Below are positions 9,122-18,647 of a DNA stretch of 64,000 bases, piece after piece. The notes under the pieces are model-generated. The model did no database searches, was not told the origin of the DNA, and worked only from the letters and a program-made list of their open reading frames with translations. Position numbers and translations under genes: made by a program. The DNA lies in assembly GCA_038064475.1 (NCBI GenBank), contig JBBTTA010000001.1, positions 111,086-175,085 on the forward strand, written 5' to 3'. The stretch's first letter is position 1. Every line of letters begins with the position of its first letter. The stretch is from Patescibacteria group bacterium. GTDB lineage: Bacteria; Patescibacteriota; Minisyncoccia; Phycocordibacterales; EsbW-18.

Positions 9122-9192
9122 TTGCGGGACTTGGATTCGAACCAAGATACCCTCCTCCAAAGGGAGGTGTCCTACCATTAGACGATCCCGCA
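9122..9192 (-). tRNA. tRNA-Gln(TTG)
   Basis: Cloverleaf TGCGGGA/TCCCGCA, anticodon arm CCTCC-CTTTGGA-GGAGG, GGTTCGAATCC. Confidence 0.95.
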
Positions 9193-9217
9193 GTAGCCAC
9201 ACTATACCTTTTGAAAC

Positions 9218-9442
9218 CTATTTTATAAAGGTGTCATCTATCTCAACAATTTTGTTGCGAGATGTGGTGCCCGCAACAATACACACCGCGCTTTGTGGAA
9301 CATTAAAATGTTTTGCGAGCACGCGGATAAGTTCCATATTTGCCTTCCCTTTTTCTGGCGTGGCGCGAATACCAACTTCAAGCCCCTCTGGAGTTTCTTT
9401 CACAAAATCTCCACGCAACACAACTTTAACGTTGTACTTCAT
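9218..9442 (-). CDS. DUF167/YggU family protein
   Basis: ATPEKGKAN.ELIRVLAKHF.VP...V.IVAGTTSRNK pattern. Confidence 0.88.
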   Translation of the reverse strand: MKYNVKVVLRGDFVKETPEGLEVGIRATPEKGKANMELIRVLAKHFNVPQSAVCIVAGTTSRNKIVEIDDTFIK

Positions 9443-10469
9443 GTGGAGAAACGGTATCTACAAGTGCCAATTCAAGAGGCAAGTGAGCAATGTACGCACG
9501 AGACACTGCTCCATATGCGTCCAAGAATCGTGTAAGCACCGTTGAATTTATTTTTGGATTTTCTGTATGTGCAAATCCTTCCAAAATAGAAAGATCTTCT
9601 TCAGAAAACTCTTCTGCAAACACATCTTTCATATCTTTCGAATAACGAAGTAACAATACTGCGCGCAGTTTTTCCAACAACAGTTTTGCAAATACCTTCA
9701 TATCAACACCGGAATCTGTCGCGGAGCGAAGCGCGGCAAGGCCGCGCGAAGCGTCACTTTCTTGGATTGCGTACAGAATGCCATTGACGAGCTCGCCTTT
9801 TGGAGCCGACATAATAAGCGCGACTTCATCGACTGAAACTGTTTTATCAGACGACGATGCAAGAATTTTCTGCAAGACGCCGTTTGCATCACGGAACGAT
9901 CCGTCAGCCAAAAGTGCGATCAACTCCCCTGCCGCATGCTCAAGTTTAAAACCTTCTTTCTTCGCAACCTCAACAACGTATTCCTTAAGAAGTTTTCGTG
10001 AAGGTGATTTGAAGGTGTGCACTTCACAGCGAGAAACAATTGTTTCGGGGAGTTTTTCGAGTTCTGTTGTCGCGAGAATAAAAATGACGTGCGCTGGTGG
10101 TTCTTCGAGTGTTTTCAAAAGCGCGTTGAATGCTTCTTTTGTAAGCATGTGCACTTCGTCAATAATGTAGACCTTATACGTTGATTCAAATGGCAGTGTA
10201 TTCACCGCTTCACGAAGTGCGCGAACGTCTTCAATGCCACGATTTGATGCGGCATCAAGTTCGTAGAGATCAGTGTCAGTTGTGCCAAGCGCACGCGCCA
10301 CAATTCGCGCTACCGATGTTTTTCCTGTACCACGTGTGCCAGTGAACAGATATGCGTGCGATATATTTCCCTGTTTCAAAGCACCCTGAAGTGGCTTCAC
10401 CACTTGATCCTGTCCGCGGACGTCATCAAACTCCTGTGGACGATATTTTCGGTAGAGGGCGAGCGACAT
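9426..10469 (-). CDS. dnaX: DNA polymerase III gamma/tau (short form)
   Basis: LYRKYRPQ, GTRGTGKTS, DAASNRG, IIDEVHML and SRC motifs. Confidence 0.96.
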   Translation of the reverse strand: MSLALYRKYRPQEFDDVRGQDQVVKPLQGALKQGNISHAYLFTGTRGTGKTSVARIVARALGTTDTDLYELDAASNRGIEDVRALREAVNTLPFESTYKVYIIDEVHMLTKEAFNALLKTLEEPPAHVIFILATTELEKLPETIVSRCEVHTFKSPSRKLLKEYVVEVAKKEGFKLEHAAGELIALLADGSFRDANGVLQKILASSSDKTVSVDEVALIMSAPKGELVNGILYAIQESDASRGLAALRSATDSGVDMKVFAKLLLEKLRAVLLLRYSKDMKDVFAEEFSEEDLSILEGFAHTENPKINSTVLTRFLDAYGAVSRAYIAHLPLELALVDTVSPHEVQR

Positions 10470-10502
10470 GGGGCTATTGTAGCAAAATATTAAAAGAGCG
10501 CC

Positions 10503-10563
10503 CCTCCTTCGCCCCCTTCTTTGCTAAAGCTACGAAGGACAGGGAAGGCTACGGAGGGCAAGC
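10503..10563. repeat. REP-like palindrome (CCTTCG..AAGCTACGGAGG family), nested; related copies at 13244-13272 and 23129-23156
   Basis: One palindrome inserted in the loop of another. Confidence 0.65.
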
Positions 10564-10624
10564 AAAAACGAAGACCGCGACCCACTCCAGTTTTTCAACT
10601 GGGGCTGGTCGCGGCTGAAACTAG

Positions 10625-10966
10625 CTACATGACGTGGGGTGCCTTAGGTGCAAGCATCTCACCCCCCTCAACTCCAAACGGTGCATCATCCTTCGAGAAA
10701 AAGCGTATGACCCGAATTTCAATACCCTCTGAAATAAGACGGGGGCGAATCCCTTCCTCTCGAATAGGAACCTGTCGGGCGCACACCTGAAGAACTTCTG
10801 AGGTGAAAACATCGATATGTCCGAGTTTACAGAGACCCGTAAGAGCAAGGATTATTTCCATCTGCGAAAACAGTGGCTCGGTCGATCTATTCTCTTCATA
10901 GACAACGAAAGCTGCTTGTTCTTCTCGGAGAAAAAAGATGTAAGGACGACATTCCCAACTATGCAT
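10625..10966 (-). CDS. hypothetical protein
   Basis: SD AAAGGAG 7 nt before ATG; fills the gap between genes. Confidence 0.6.
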   Translation of the reverse strand: MHSWECRPYIFFLREEQAAFVVYEENRSTEPLFSQMEIILALTGLCKLGHIDVFTSEVLQVCARQVPIREEGIRPRLISEGIEIRVIRFFSKDDAPFGVEGGEMLAPKAPHVM

Positions 10967-11070
10967 CTCTATCTCCTTTCTGTTAATACATCTCTCTTAG
11001 GTATACGCCACAAAAAAGAAAAAGCAAACGAAAGGCCACACAGAGATTTGTGCGGCCAGAAATGATGACC

Positions 11071-11418
11071 TTACTGGTACAGACTTCCTGAAACGCCCCA
11101 GTCCTCTTCTTCCTCAAAAACAACATCTGAGAGTCTCAATGGTTCTGTGAGTAGATGCGGGGATATGCCGTCGGGTTTCAGCTGTGATCTGATGATCTCC
11201 TGTTGCACAAGTATTCCATCAGCCACGCTGAGCATTTGTATTGCCCACAGCACTTCCAAAATGAACTGGGCTTCAAACTTCGTAAAAAGGCGTGGTGTCG
11301 CTTTCAGTCGAAAGCTGGTCCCTTTGTCCTCTGTCACCTCTTTGTACAACAGAATAATTCCGTTTGCACCGTCGGAACGAGGCAAAAACAGCGAAGACCG
11401 CCCAGGAATGATTGGCAT
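11071..11418 (-). CDS. hypothetical protein
   Basis: SD-like AAGAGGGGG before MPIIPG; fills the gap between genes. Confidence 0.6.
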   Translation of the reverse strand: MPIIPGRSSLFLPRSDGANGIILLYKEVTEDKGTSFRLKATPRLFTKFEAQFILEVLWAIQMLSVADGILVQQEIIRSQLKPDGISPHLLTEPLRLSDVVFEEEEDWGVSGSLYQ

Positions 11419-11618
11419 AGCGCCCCCTCTTTTTTGGTTCATCTGTTTTTGTTATACGCTTCTCACAAAAAATATCAAGTACACATGACACTAAAAATAA
11501 TACCCTTCTCACATCTAACGTTCCAACGTTCTATAGAACGATAGAATATTATTCTTTATTCTTTAAGAAAATTTGATGGGTGATTGTGTAGTCTATAGGC
11601 ATAAACCTACATACATCT

Positions 11619-11903
11619 GTGAATATTGATAAAAAGAAATTTCGATACCTCGAGAGAGTAACTCGTGGATCTTCACATAACCGCAGGATTCAAATTTTGT
11701 ATCTTCTTAACACAAAAGGAAATTTATCTGTTGAAACAATTTCCAACACCCTTCATACAAATTACAAGAATGCTGCACAACACACGCAACGCATGTTTAT
11801 TGCCGGTCTCATAGAAAAAACGCAAAGCGGCAGATCAGTACTTCACACACTTACACCACTTGGGAAATCCCTGCTTTCTTTCTATCGTTCTATAGAAAGA
11901 TAG
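11619..11903 (+). CDS. ArsR-like winged HTH protein
   Basis: RRIQILYLL...LSVETIS..L...AAQH..RM..AGLI.....GR.V.H.LT..G pattern. Confidence 0.8.
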   Translation: MNIDKKKFRYLERVTRGSSHNRRIQILYLLNTKGNLSVETISNTLHTNYKNAAQHTQRMFIAGLIEKTQSGRSVLHTLTPLGKSLLSFYRSIER

Positions 11904-11941
11904 AATGGGTTTTGGAAAAAATATAAAAATTTGGGGTTGTG

Positions 11942-12922
11942 TTAGCTAAGCGTTTTGTTTGTCTCTCGGATTAAAACCTCGCGCGCCTCAATCGCTGTCT
12001 TTACTTCCATCAATTCAAGTAAGAGAGGTTTCTGATACCCATCACCGTGCAAATACGATTTAAAATGCTTCTTCATTATTGAAAACGATTTATGTGGCAG
12101 AAGTTCTGCAAAAAGATTTGTGTGTTCAAGAAGTACGCGAAGTCGCTCGTGAAAATCCGGTCTCAATTTTCCGCTTAACAACCACGGATTCCCAAATATC
12201 GCGCGACCAAACATGATGCCATCACATCCCGAAGCTTTCACTTTCGCATGTGCGTCGTCCATATTCAAAACATCCCCGTTTCCAATGATGAGAGTGTCGG
12301 GTGAGATTTTATTGCGAAGCAGAACGGCACGCGCAATAAGTTCCCATCGCGCAGGCACTTTCGACATATCTTTTTTTGTGCGCGCATGCAGCGTCAGTGC
12401 CGCAGGTTTTTCTTCAAGCAGTGCTGGAATCCATGTTTCAATCTCGTCTTCATTAAAACCGCTACGTGTTTTCACTGACACAGGAATAGTGCTTCCCGCT
12501 TCATGAACACCTTCTTTCGTTGCGCGAATAAGTGCTTTTGCGAGCTCAGGATTTTTTATGATTGCCGCACCCGCACCTTGTTTGCACACATTCGTATCAG
12601 GACACCCCATATTGATATCAACGCCATCAAACCCCATCTCCGCCGCCAACTTCCCCGCTTGCTTCATGATGTCAGGATCTTTACTAAAAAACTGCGCGAT
12701 GATGGGCCGTTCGCTTTCAGTGTATGTAAGATCTTTAATGAGCACGTCATACCCACCCTTAAAAAGTCCATCGGCAGAGACAAATTCCGTCCATACGACG
12801 TCGGGTTTGCCATATTTCGCGATGATGCGACGAAATGCTGGGTCAGTAACATCTGCCAAGGGGGCGATACAGAAAAAAGGTTTATGTAGTGTCGTCCAAA
12901 AGTTATTCACAGGCACAACCAT
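11942..12922 (-). CDS. tRNA-dihydrouridine synthase
   Basis: APLADVTD, DINMGCP, LHART, GNGD and GRAIFGNPW motifs. Confidence 0.95.
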   Translation of the reverse strand: MVVPVNNFWTTLHKPFFCIAPLADVTDPAFRRIIAKYGKPDVVWTEFVSADGLFKGGYDVLIKDLTYTESERPIIAQFFSKDPDIMKQAGKLAAEMGFDGVDINMGCPDTNVCKQGAGAAIIKNPELAKALIRATKEGVHEAGSTIPVSVKTRSGFNEDEIETWIPALLEEKPAALTLHARTKKDMSKVPARWELIARAVLLRNKISPDTLIIGNGDVLNMDDAHAKVKASGCDGIMFGRAIFGNPWLLSGKLRPDFHERLRVLLEHTNLFAELLPHKSFSIMKKHFKSYLHGDGYQKPLLLELMEVKTAIEAREVLIRETNKTLS

Positions 12923-12927
12923 AGCAC

Positions 12928-12956
12928 TTGCCTAGTCCGTATTCAAATGGTACATT
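12928..12956 (+). promoter_or_regulatory. sigma70 promoter for the small ORF
   Basis: TTGCCT-17 nt-TACATT with TG extension. Confidence 0.6.
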
Positions 12957-13031
12957 CATACACCTGTTGTTCTTTGTTCGGCTAGTACGTGTCCGCATGG
13001 GGCGGAACGTTCTAAAGCAGTGGAGGAATGC

Positions 13032-13163
13032 ATGGCGACATTCAAGGGCAAGCCAACCGAGAAGAGCCTCAGCATGGTGAAGTTCTGCCCGAAGCGTACG
13101 AAGCGAAGCTACGCCCAGAGCCAGCAGAAGGATCGCCGCAGTAGGAAGCAGAAGTTCGGCTGA
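13032..13163 (+). CDS. unannotated 43-aa basic small protein
   Basis: MATFKGKPTEKSLSMVKFCPKRTKRSYAQSQQKDRRSRKQKFG; SD GGAGG 5 nt upstream; own promoter and terminator. Confidence 0.7.
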   Translation: MATFKGKPTEKSLSMVKFCPKRTKRSYAQSQQKDRRSRKQKFG

Positions 13164-13193
13164 CCCACCACCGCTACACAGAATCGAAGCACC

Positions 13194-13219
13194 GGAGTCC
13201 CTGTGGGACTCCTTTTTTT
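13194..13219 (+). terminator. intrinsic terminator
   Basis: GGAGTCCC-TGT-GGGACTCC-T7. Confidence 0.85.
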
Positions 13220-13272
13220 GTTCGCGCTCATTAAGCGCGAACAACCCTTCGTAGCCTTGTGCGAAGTAGGGT

Positions 13273-14133
13273 TTATTCCACAGAAATTACTCCCTTCTTT
13301 TTGTAAAACACTTTATTACCGTAGCGAAGGTCAATGTATTCTAAGTACGCAAGGTCAGGTATTTCTGTTTTAAAATCAGATGAGTTCAAGATAACCGAAA
13401 GATCATTAAGTGCTGTCGTATACGATGATGAAGCCGTGAGGAGAATTTTGAATGTTGCCGTCTCCCCAATTCCCGAAGAAACGCTGGGACGAACCGTAAG
13501 AGTAACTGATGTGTCGGTCACATCACTTCGCGATGTGATGATTCCTTTTGTATCAAGTTCATCAAAGAGCGCATTAAGTGTTTTAAATTCCTCTTCTGGT
13601 AAAAACCACGAGCCAACGGGTTCGGTGAGAGACGTCAATCCACCACCATACCGAATATATGTTCCACCGGTGAGAAATGTGGGCGATGGTGCGTATACAA
13701 ATCCTGATGTATCGACAAAATAACATTTGCTGTCGTTTACACACCACACCGCAAACGGTTCACGTTCACGGATTGATACGGCCAACACGTCAAAGTCACG
13801 ACGTGACACATTTACGCGATCAAATCGTGGGTACGCATTCGTAAGAATTCCTTCAAGTTTATGTGTACGAATAAAAAGGATATTTTGTTTTGAAAAAATA
13901 TATCCATACGACCCTTCGAATTCTGGCGCAATGAGATTGAAAATATCTCGGTGCGAAACAGTTGTGATTCCATGAATCACCACACGATTAATGGAGAGTT
14001 GTGAGAGACGCGAAAGTTGTGAAAGGAGAAAAAGACATGACAACACGAGCACAATGCGAATTATCCACATGACAAGAAAGCGCCTGCGGCGTTCAACTCG
14101 TACGCGTTCAGTTGTAAAGCGTCGCCCAATCAT
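13273..14133 (-). CDS. FtsQ/DivIB-like cell division protein
   Basis: TM segment, POTRA-like region, IREREP...VD..G and C-terminal YIDLRYGNKVFYK. Confidence 0.8.
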   Translation of the reverse strand: MIGRRFTTERVRVERRRRFLVMWIIRIVLVLSCLFLLSQLSRLSQLSINRVVIHGITTVSHRDIFNLIAPEFEGSYGYIFSKQNILFIRTHKLEGILTNAYPRFDRVNVSRRDFDVLAVSIREREPFAVWCVNDSKCYFVDTSGFVYAPSPTFLTGGTYIRYGGGLTSLTEPVGSWFLPEEEFKTLNALFDELDTKGIITSRSDVTDTSVTLTVRPSVSSGIGETATFKILLTASSSYTTALNDLSVILNSSDFKTEIPDLAYLEYIDLRYGNKVFYKKKGVISVE

Positions 14134-14147
14134 TTCGGCATTGTGGA

Positions 14148-15446
14148 TTATTGCGCCTTTGTAATACCCTCGGTCGTAGCCTTACGGGTGAGACGATCAC
14201 GGCCGCCCATGTAGGGACGAAGTACCTCTGGGATAAGGACTGATCCGTCTGCCTGCTGGAAGTTTTCAACGAGTGACACAAGGATACGTGGTGTTGGAAT
14301 TGCCGTGCAGTTCAGTGAGTGTGCAAATTGTCGTGCGCCGTCTTTGTCGGTGTACTTAATATTGAATCGACGACATTGAAAATCATGGAAGTATGATGCC
14401 GAGCTAATTTCGCGGTATTTCTCTTCCAAAGGCACCCATAATTCAATATCGTATTTCTTTACCTGACCCAAACCGAGATCAGCACCACAGTTTGCAACGG
14501 TGCGATATGGAATACCAAGCGTTTCGATAAACTCTTCGGTGTTGCGATTGAGCCACTCGTGCCACTTCACTGATTCCTCGTGATTTGCTTCACACAAAAT
14601 TACTTGCTCAAGTTTAAAAAATTCATGTACGCGAATAAGTCCTTTCACATCTTTACTGTAGCTTCCCGCCTCACGACGGTAACAAGGAGAAAATCCAAGA
14701 ATCTTTTTTGGCAATTCTTCTTTTGCAAGTACTTCATCGCCGTAATATCCCATAACCGGAATTTCAGCGGTTCCTGCAAGATAGTCTTCATCTTGTGTTG
14801 CGTAGATGTCTTCAACATCGTTTGGCAAATGTCCTGTGCCGTACAGAAGTTGTTTCTTCACAATAACGGGAGGAATCATTGGCATGAGATCTTTCTTTGT
14901 GAAGAAATCCATACCGTAATTCCAAATCGCAAAACACAGCCGTGCTCCATCATTCGTCAAATAGTATCCGCGAAATCCATGTACCTTTGAACCACGCTCA
15001 AAATCAACCATACCCAGTTCTCTCATTATCTCTACATGATCTTTTGCTTCAAAAGAAAATGCTGGTTTCTCTCCCCAACTTTTTATGTGCTGGTTGTCTG
15101 CGTCCGTTTCTCCTTCGGGAACTGATATGTCAGGGGTATTTGGTACCTGAAGCATCAAGGTCTTCCACATTTGCATCACCTCTTTGAGTTTTTCTTCAAG
15201 ACTGCCCAGTTCATCTTTTACGCGACGCATTTCAGATATCATCGCCGTACGCTCTTCTTGTGATGCCGATGTAATCGCATCACTCACTTTATTTTGTTCT
15301 GCACGCAAAGCCTCAACTTTTGTCATGAGCTCACGACGCTCATCATCAACAACAAGGAGTTCATCAATGTTTATGTTGACGTGCTTCTTTCGTGCACCAT
15401 CTTGCACAATGTCCTTATTCTCACGGATAAAATGTATATCAAGCAT
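14148..15446 (-). CDS. serS: seryl-tRNA synthetase
   Basis: MLDIHFIREN start, GTAE, YRREAG and GLIRVHEF motifs. Confidence 0.97.
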   Translation of the reverse strand: MLDIHFIRENKDIVQDGARKKHVNINIDELLVVDDERRELMTKVEALRAEQNKVSDAITSASQEERTAMISEMRRVKDELGSLEEKLKEVMQMWKTLMLQVPNTPDISVPEGETDADNQHIKSWGEKPAFSFEAKDHVEIMRELGMVDFERGSKVHGFRGYYLTNDGARLCFAIWNYGMDFFTKKDLMPMIPPVIVKKQLLYGTGHLPNDVEDIYATQDEDYLAGTAEIPVMGYYGDEVLAKEELPKKILGFSPCYRREAGSYSKDVKGLIRVHEFFKLEQVILCEANHEESVKWHEWLNRNTEEFIETLGIPYRTVANCGADLGLGQVKKYDIELWVPLEEKYREISSASYFHDFQCRRFNIKYTDKDGARQFAHSLNCTAIPTPRILVSLVENFQQADGSVLIPEVLRPYMGGRDRLTRKATTEGITKAQ

Positions 15447-15483
15447 ATGCGGGACTTTTGGAATATGGATTCTATTATACGGC

Positions 15484-16353
15484 ATGACACGCCCCGACGA
15501 AATCCGGCTTCTGGAGAAGGAGGAGTGGCCAGCATTTCTTCACGAAATAACCGATCCGCCTTCGAAACTCTTTGTACGGGGTGTTGTACCCCCTTCTGGT
15601 ACGCATTTTCTATCTGTCGTCGGCTCACGAAAATATTCTCCCTATGCAAAAAGTGTTTGTGAACGACTCATTGCTGGGCTTTCTGGCTATCCTATATCTA
15701 TTGTATCGGGTCTAGCGCTTGGTATTGATGGCATTGCGCATGAAGCAGCATTGGCGGCTGGACTCCACACTATTGCAGTCCCTGGGTCTGGTTTATCTGA
15801 CACGGTACTGTATCCACGTGCACATCTTCCCTTAGCACGTCGCATTATCCAGAGTGGTGGCGCGTTGATATCAGAGTTTGAGCATGAGTTCAAAGCAACT
15901 GATTGGAGTTTTCCTCAAAGAAATAGAGTGATGGCAGGTATGTCGCATGCAGTCCTTATTATTGAAGCGGGTGAAAAATCAGGAACACTCATCACCGCAC
16001 GACTTGGTATGGAGTATGGGCGACGAGTGCTCGTTGTTCCTTCGCCTCTTTTTACACCGTACGGAAAGGGTTCGAATGCTCTGTTGCGTGTCGGGGCTGA
16101 ACTTATTACCTCTTCATCAGATATTTTGGAAGCACTTGGTATTGAGGAAGCTGTACATAATGAAAAAGTGATGCCGCTCAATATATCTGACGACGAAAAG
16201 AAGATACTTGAAGTGCTCAATGAGCCGCTCCAAAAAGATCAGATCATTGCGCGCGCCGGCATGCCGGCGCGCGCTGTTCTCGTTCTCCTTTCGACACTCG
16301 AAATAAAAGGAATCATCACTGAACGTTTGGGAAAAATCGAACGTGTACGTTAG
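15484..16353 (+). CDS. dprA: DNA processing protein DprA
   Basis: VVGSR, VSGLALGIDGIAH, FPQRNR and EAGEKSGTLITA motifs; start at MTRPDE. Confidence 0.95.
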   Translation: MTRPDEIRLLEKEEWPAFLHEITDPPSKLFVRGVVPPSGTHFLSVVGSRKYSPYAKSVCERLIAGLSGYPISIVSGLALGIDGIAHEAALAAGLHTIAVPGSGLSDTVLYPRAHLPLARRIIQSGGALISEFEHEFKATDWSFPQRNRVMAGMSHAVLIIEAGEKSGTLITARLGMEYGRRVLVVPSPLFTPYGKGSNALLRVGAELITSSSDILEALGIEEAVHNEKVMPLNISDDEKKILEVLNEPLQKDQIIARAGMPARAVLVLLSTLEIKGIITERLGKIERVR

Positions 16354-16400
16354 TATGAAGTTTGCAAAAGGTTGTGTATCGTAGTATTACTGTTCTTCAT

Positions 16401-18602
16401 ATGACAAAACTCGTCATCGTCGAGTCACCGGCGAAAGCAAAAACAATTGAAAAATATCTTGGCGAGGACTACGTTGTAAAAGCGAGCGTCGGTCACGTGC
16501 GCGATCTTCCAAAGAGCAACAAGAATGCAATTGATATCGAGAATGGTTTTACACCTAACTACGAAATCGTAGCCGCAAAACGCGCGGTGATTGATGAACT
16601 AAAAACAGCGGCGAAAAAAGCCGACCAAGTTATTCTTGCAACTGACCCCGACCGTGAAGGTGAAGCAATCGCATGGCACTTGGTGCAAGCGCTCGGCCTC
16701 CACAAAGCTGGTGCAAAAAAGAGTGGTGACGTACAGCGTGTTGTATTCCACGAAATCACAAAAGATGCCGTGCAAGAAGCGATGAAGCACCCACGCGCAA
16801 TTGATGAGAACCTCCGTCAAGCACAAGAAGCACGTCGAGTCTTGGACCGTCTCGTAGGATACGATCTCTCAGGACTTATTTGGAAAAAAGTTCGCTACGG
16901 TCTGTCGGCTGGCCGCGTGCAATCCCCCGCGCTTAGAATTCTCATGGAACGTGAGCGAGAAATTCGCGCATTTAAACCTGAAGACTACTGGATTCTCACT
17001 GCAGATACAAAAACAAAGTCAGGTGATGCGCTTGTGTTGACCGCAACCGAAGAACCTCGCGATCAAAAGCGTGTTGACACAATTATCTCTCTCGGAGAGA
17101 AAGCAGAGTGGCCAGTCACTGACATTAAAGAAACAACAGTTAATCGCCAACCAAAACCTCCGTTCACGACATCAACAATCCAGCAGGCAGCATCAACACG
17201 ACTCGGCTTCTCACCTTCACGCACGATGCGCGCGGCACAAAAACTCTATGAAAGTGGTCACATCACGTACATGCGTACTGACTCAACGACGCTTGCCGCT
17301 GTCGCCCAGAAACAAATTGTTTCTGTTATTGAATCTGAATATGGAAAAGAGTTTGCACGCCCAACAGCATACAAAAGCGCAAGTAAGAATGCACAGGAAG
17401 CCCACGAAGCTATTCGCCCAACTGATGTAGGGAAACAATCAGTAAAAAAAGGTGACGATGAAGATCGCCTCTACGAACTTATTTGGCGACGCACCGTAGC
17501 GAGCCAGATGGTGCCTGCACAGCTTTCGCAAACAAAAGTAGAAAGCATCCCCGATGCAAAAGATATGCCGGCGTTTACGGTCACAGGTTCACGCGTCATT
17601 TTTCCTGGTTGGTTAGCTGCTGATCCTGCATCTCGTGGTGAAGATGTCACGATTCCTCCAGTTGAGAAAGGTGAATTATTGAAATTGAAATCACTCACGG
17701 GAGATGCACGTCAAACACAGCCCCCAACACGCTACTCCGAAGCGGGTCTCATTAAAGAACTTGAGAAGCGTGGCATCGGTCGCCCTTCAACGTACGCCGC
17801 AATCATCAAAACAATTGAAGAGCGTGGGTATGTTTTGAAAGAAGGACGCACCTTGATGCCAACAGATACAGGAGATGTGGTGAGCACGTTCCTCGAAACA
17901 TATTTTGCTGATTACATCAGTGACTCATTTACGTCAGAAATGGAGGACGAGCTCGACGAAATCTCTCGTGGTGAACGTGATTATGCGAAAACATTGCAAG
18001 AATTTTATACACCATTTCAAAAAGAGCTCGCAAAGCGCTCAAAAGACGCAAAGAAAATCACTGACCTCGGTCCAGCGCCAAAAGAATTCCCCTGTCCGAA
18101 GTGTGGGAGTCCTATGGTCATGAAATTGGCGCGCAATGGAACGTTCATGAGCTGTTCTCGTTTTCCTGATTGTGATGGCGCTCGCGCACACGATGGTAAA
18201 GAAGTGACGCCACCTGAAGAATTGGGTAAAGATCCGGCATCAGGCGAATCTATTTTTGTACTTGAAGGACCCTACGGACCATACGTACAGATTGGTGTAA
18301 AAACCCCAAAAAATAAAAAACCTCGTCGCGCATCAATTCCAAAAGAGAAAGACCTTTCGACACTCACGATTGAAGAAGCCCTCAAGTATTTGAGCTTGCC
18401 GAGAGAACTTGGTGTACACCCAGAATCGGGCAAAGCAATCATAGCAAACATTGGACGCTTTGGTCCGTACATTGGACACGATGGTGATTTTCGATCACTC
18501 AAAACAGATGATGCGTATGCAATCACACTGAAACGCGCACTTGAGATATTAAAAGAGCCAAAGAAAGTCGGTCGCGGACGATTTGCCAAAAAGAAAAAGT
18601 AG
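16401..18602 (+). CDS. topA: DNA topoisomerase I
   Basis: IVESPAKAK, DPDREGE, SAGRVQS and ITYMRTDS motifs; one Zn ribbon plus C-terminal repeats. Confidence 0.97.
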   Translation: MTKLVIVESPAKAKTIEKYLGEDYVVKASVGHVRDLPKSNKNAIDIENGFTPNYEIVAAKRAVIDELKTAAKKADQVILATDPDREGEAIAWHLVQALGLHKAGAKKSGDVQRVVFHEITKDAVQEAMKHPRAIDENLRQAQEARRVLDRLVGYDLSGLIWKKVRYGLSAGRVQSPALRILMEREREIRAFKPEDYWILTADTKTKSGDALVLTATEEPRDQKRVDTIISLGEKAEWPVTDIKETTVNRQPKPPFTTSTIQQAASTRLGFSPSRTMRAAQKLYESGHITYMRTDSTTLAAVAQKQIVSVIESEYGKEFARPTAYKSASKNAQEAHEAIRPTDVGKQSVKKGDDEDRLYELIWRRTVASQMVPAQLSQTKVESIPDAKDMPAFTVTGSRVIFPGWLAADPASRGEDVTIPPVEKGELLKLKSLTGDARQTQPPTRYSEAGLIKELEKRGIGRPSTYAAIIKTIEERGYVLKEGRTLMPTDTGDVVSTFLETYFADYISDSFTSEMEDELDEISRGERDYAKTLQEFYTPFQKELAKRSKDAKKITDLGPAPKEFPCPKCGSPMVMKLARNGTFMSCSRFPDCDGARAHDGKEVTPPEELGKDPASGESIFVLEGPYGPYVQIGVKTPKNKKPRRASIPKEKDLSTLTIEEALKYLSLPRELGVHPESGKAIIANIGRFGPYIGHDGDFRSLKTDDAYAITLKRALEILKEPKKVGRGRFAKKKK

Positions 18603-18608
18603 CAAGAT

Positions 18609-18639
18609 GGCCCCGCTGCGAAATGCAGCGGGGCCTTTT
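18609..18639. terminator. intrinsic terminator
   Basis: GGCCCCGCTGC-GAAAT-GCAGCGGGGCC-TTTT. Confidence 0.8.
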
Positions 18640-18647
18640 GATAGAGG

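Noticed and set aside
18609-18639. Shared GGCCCCGCT/AGCGGGGCCTTTT stem with the 63536 terminator as a repeat family
   Set aside because: Only two copies of a 9-bp GC stem; adequately explained as terminators
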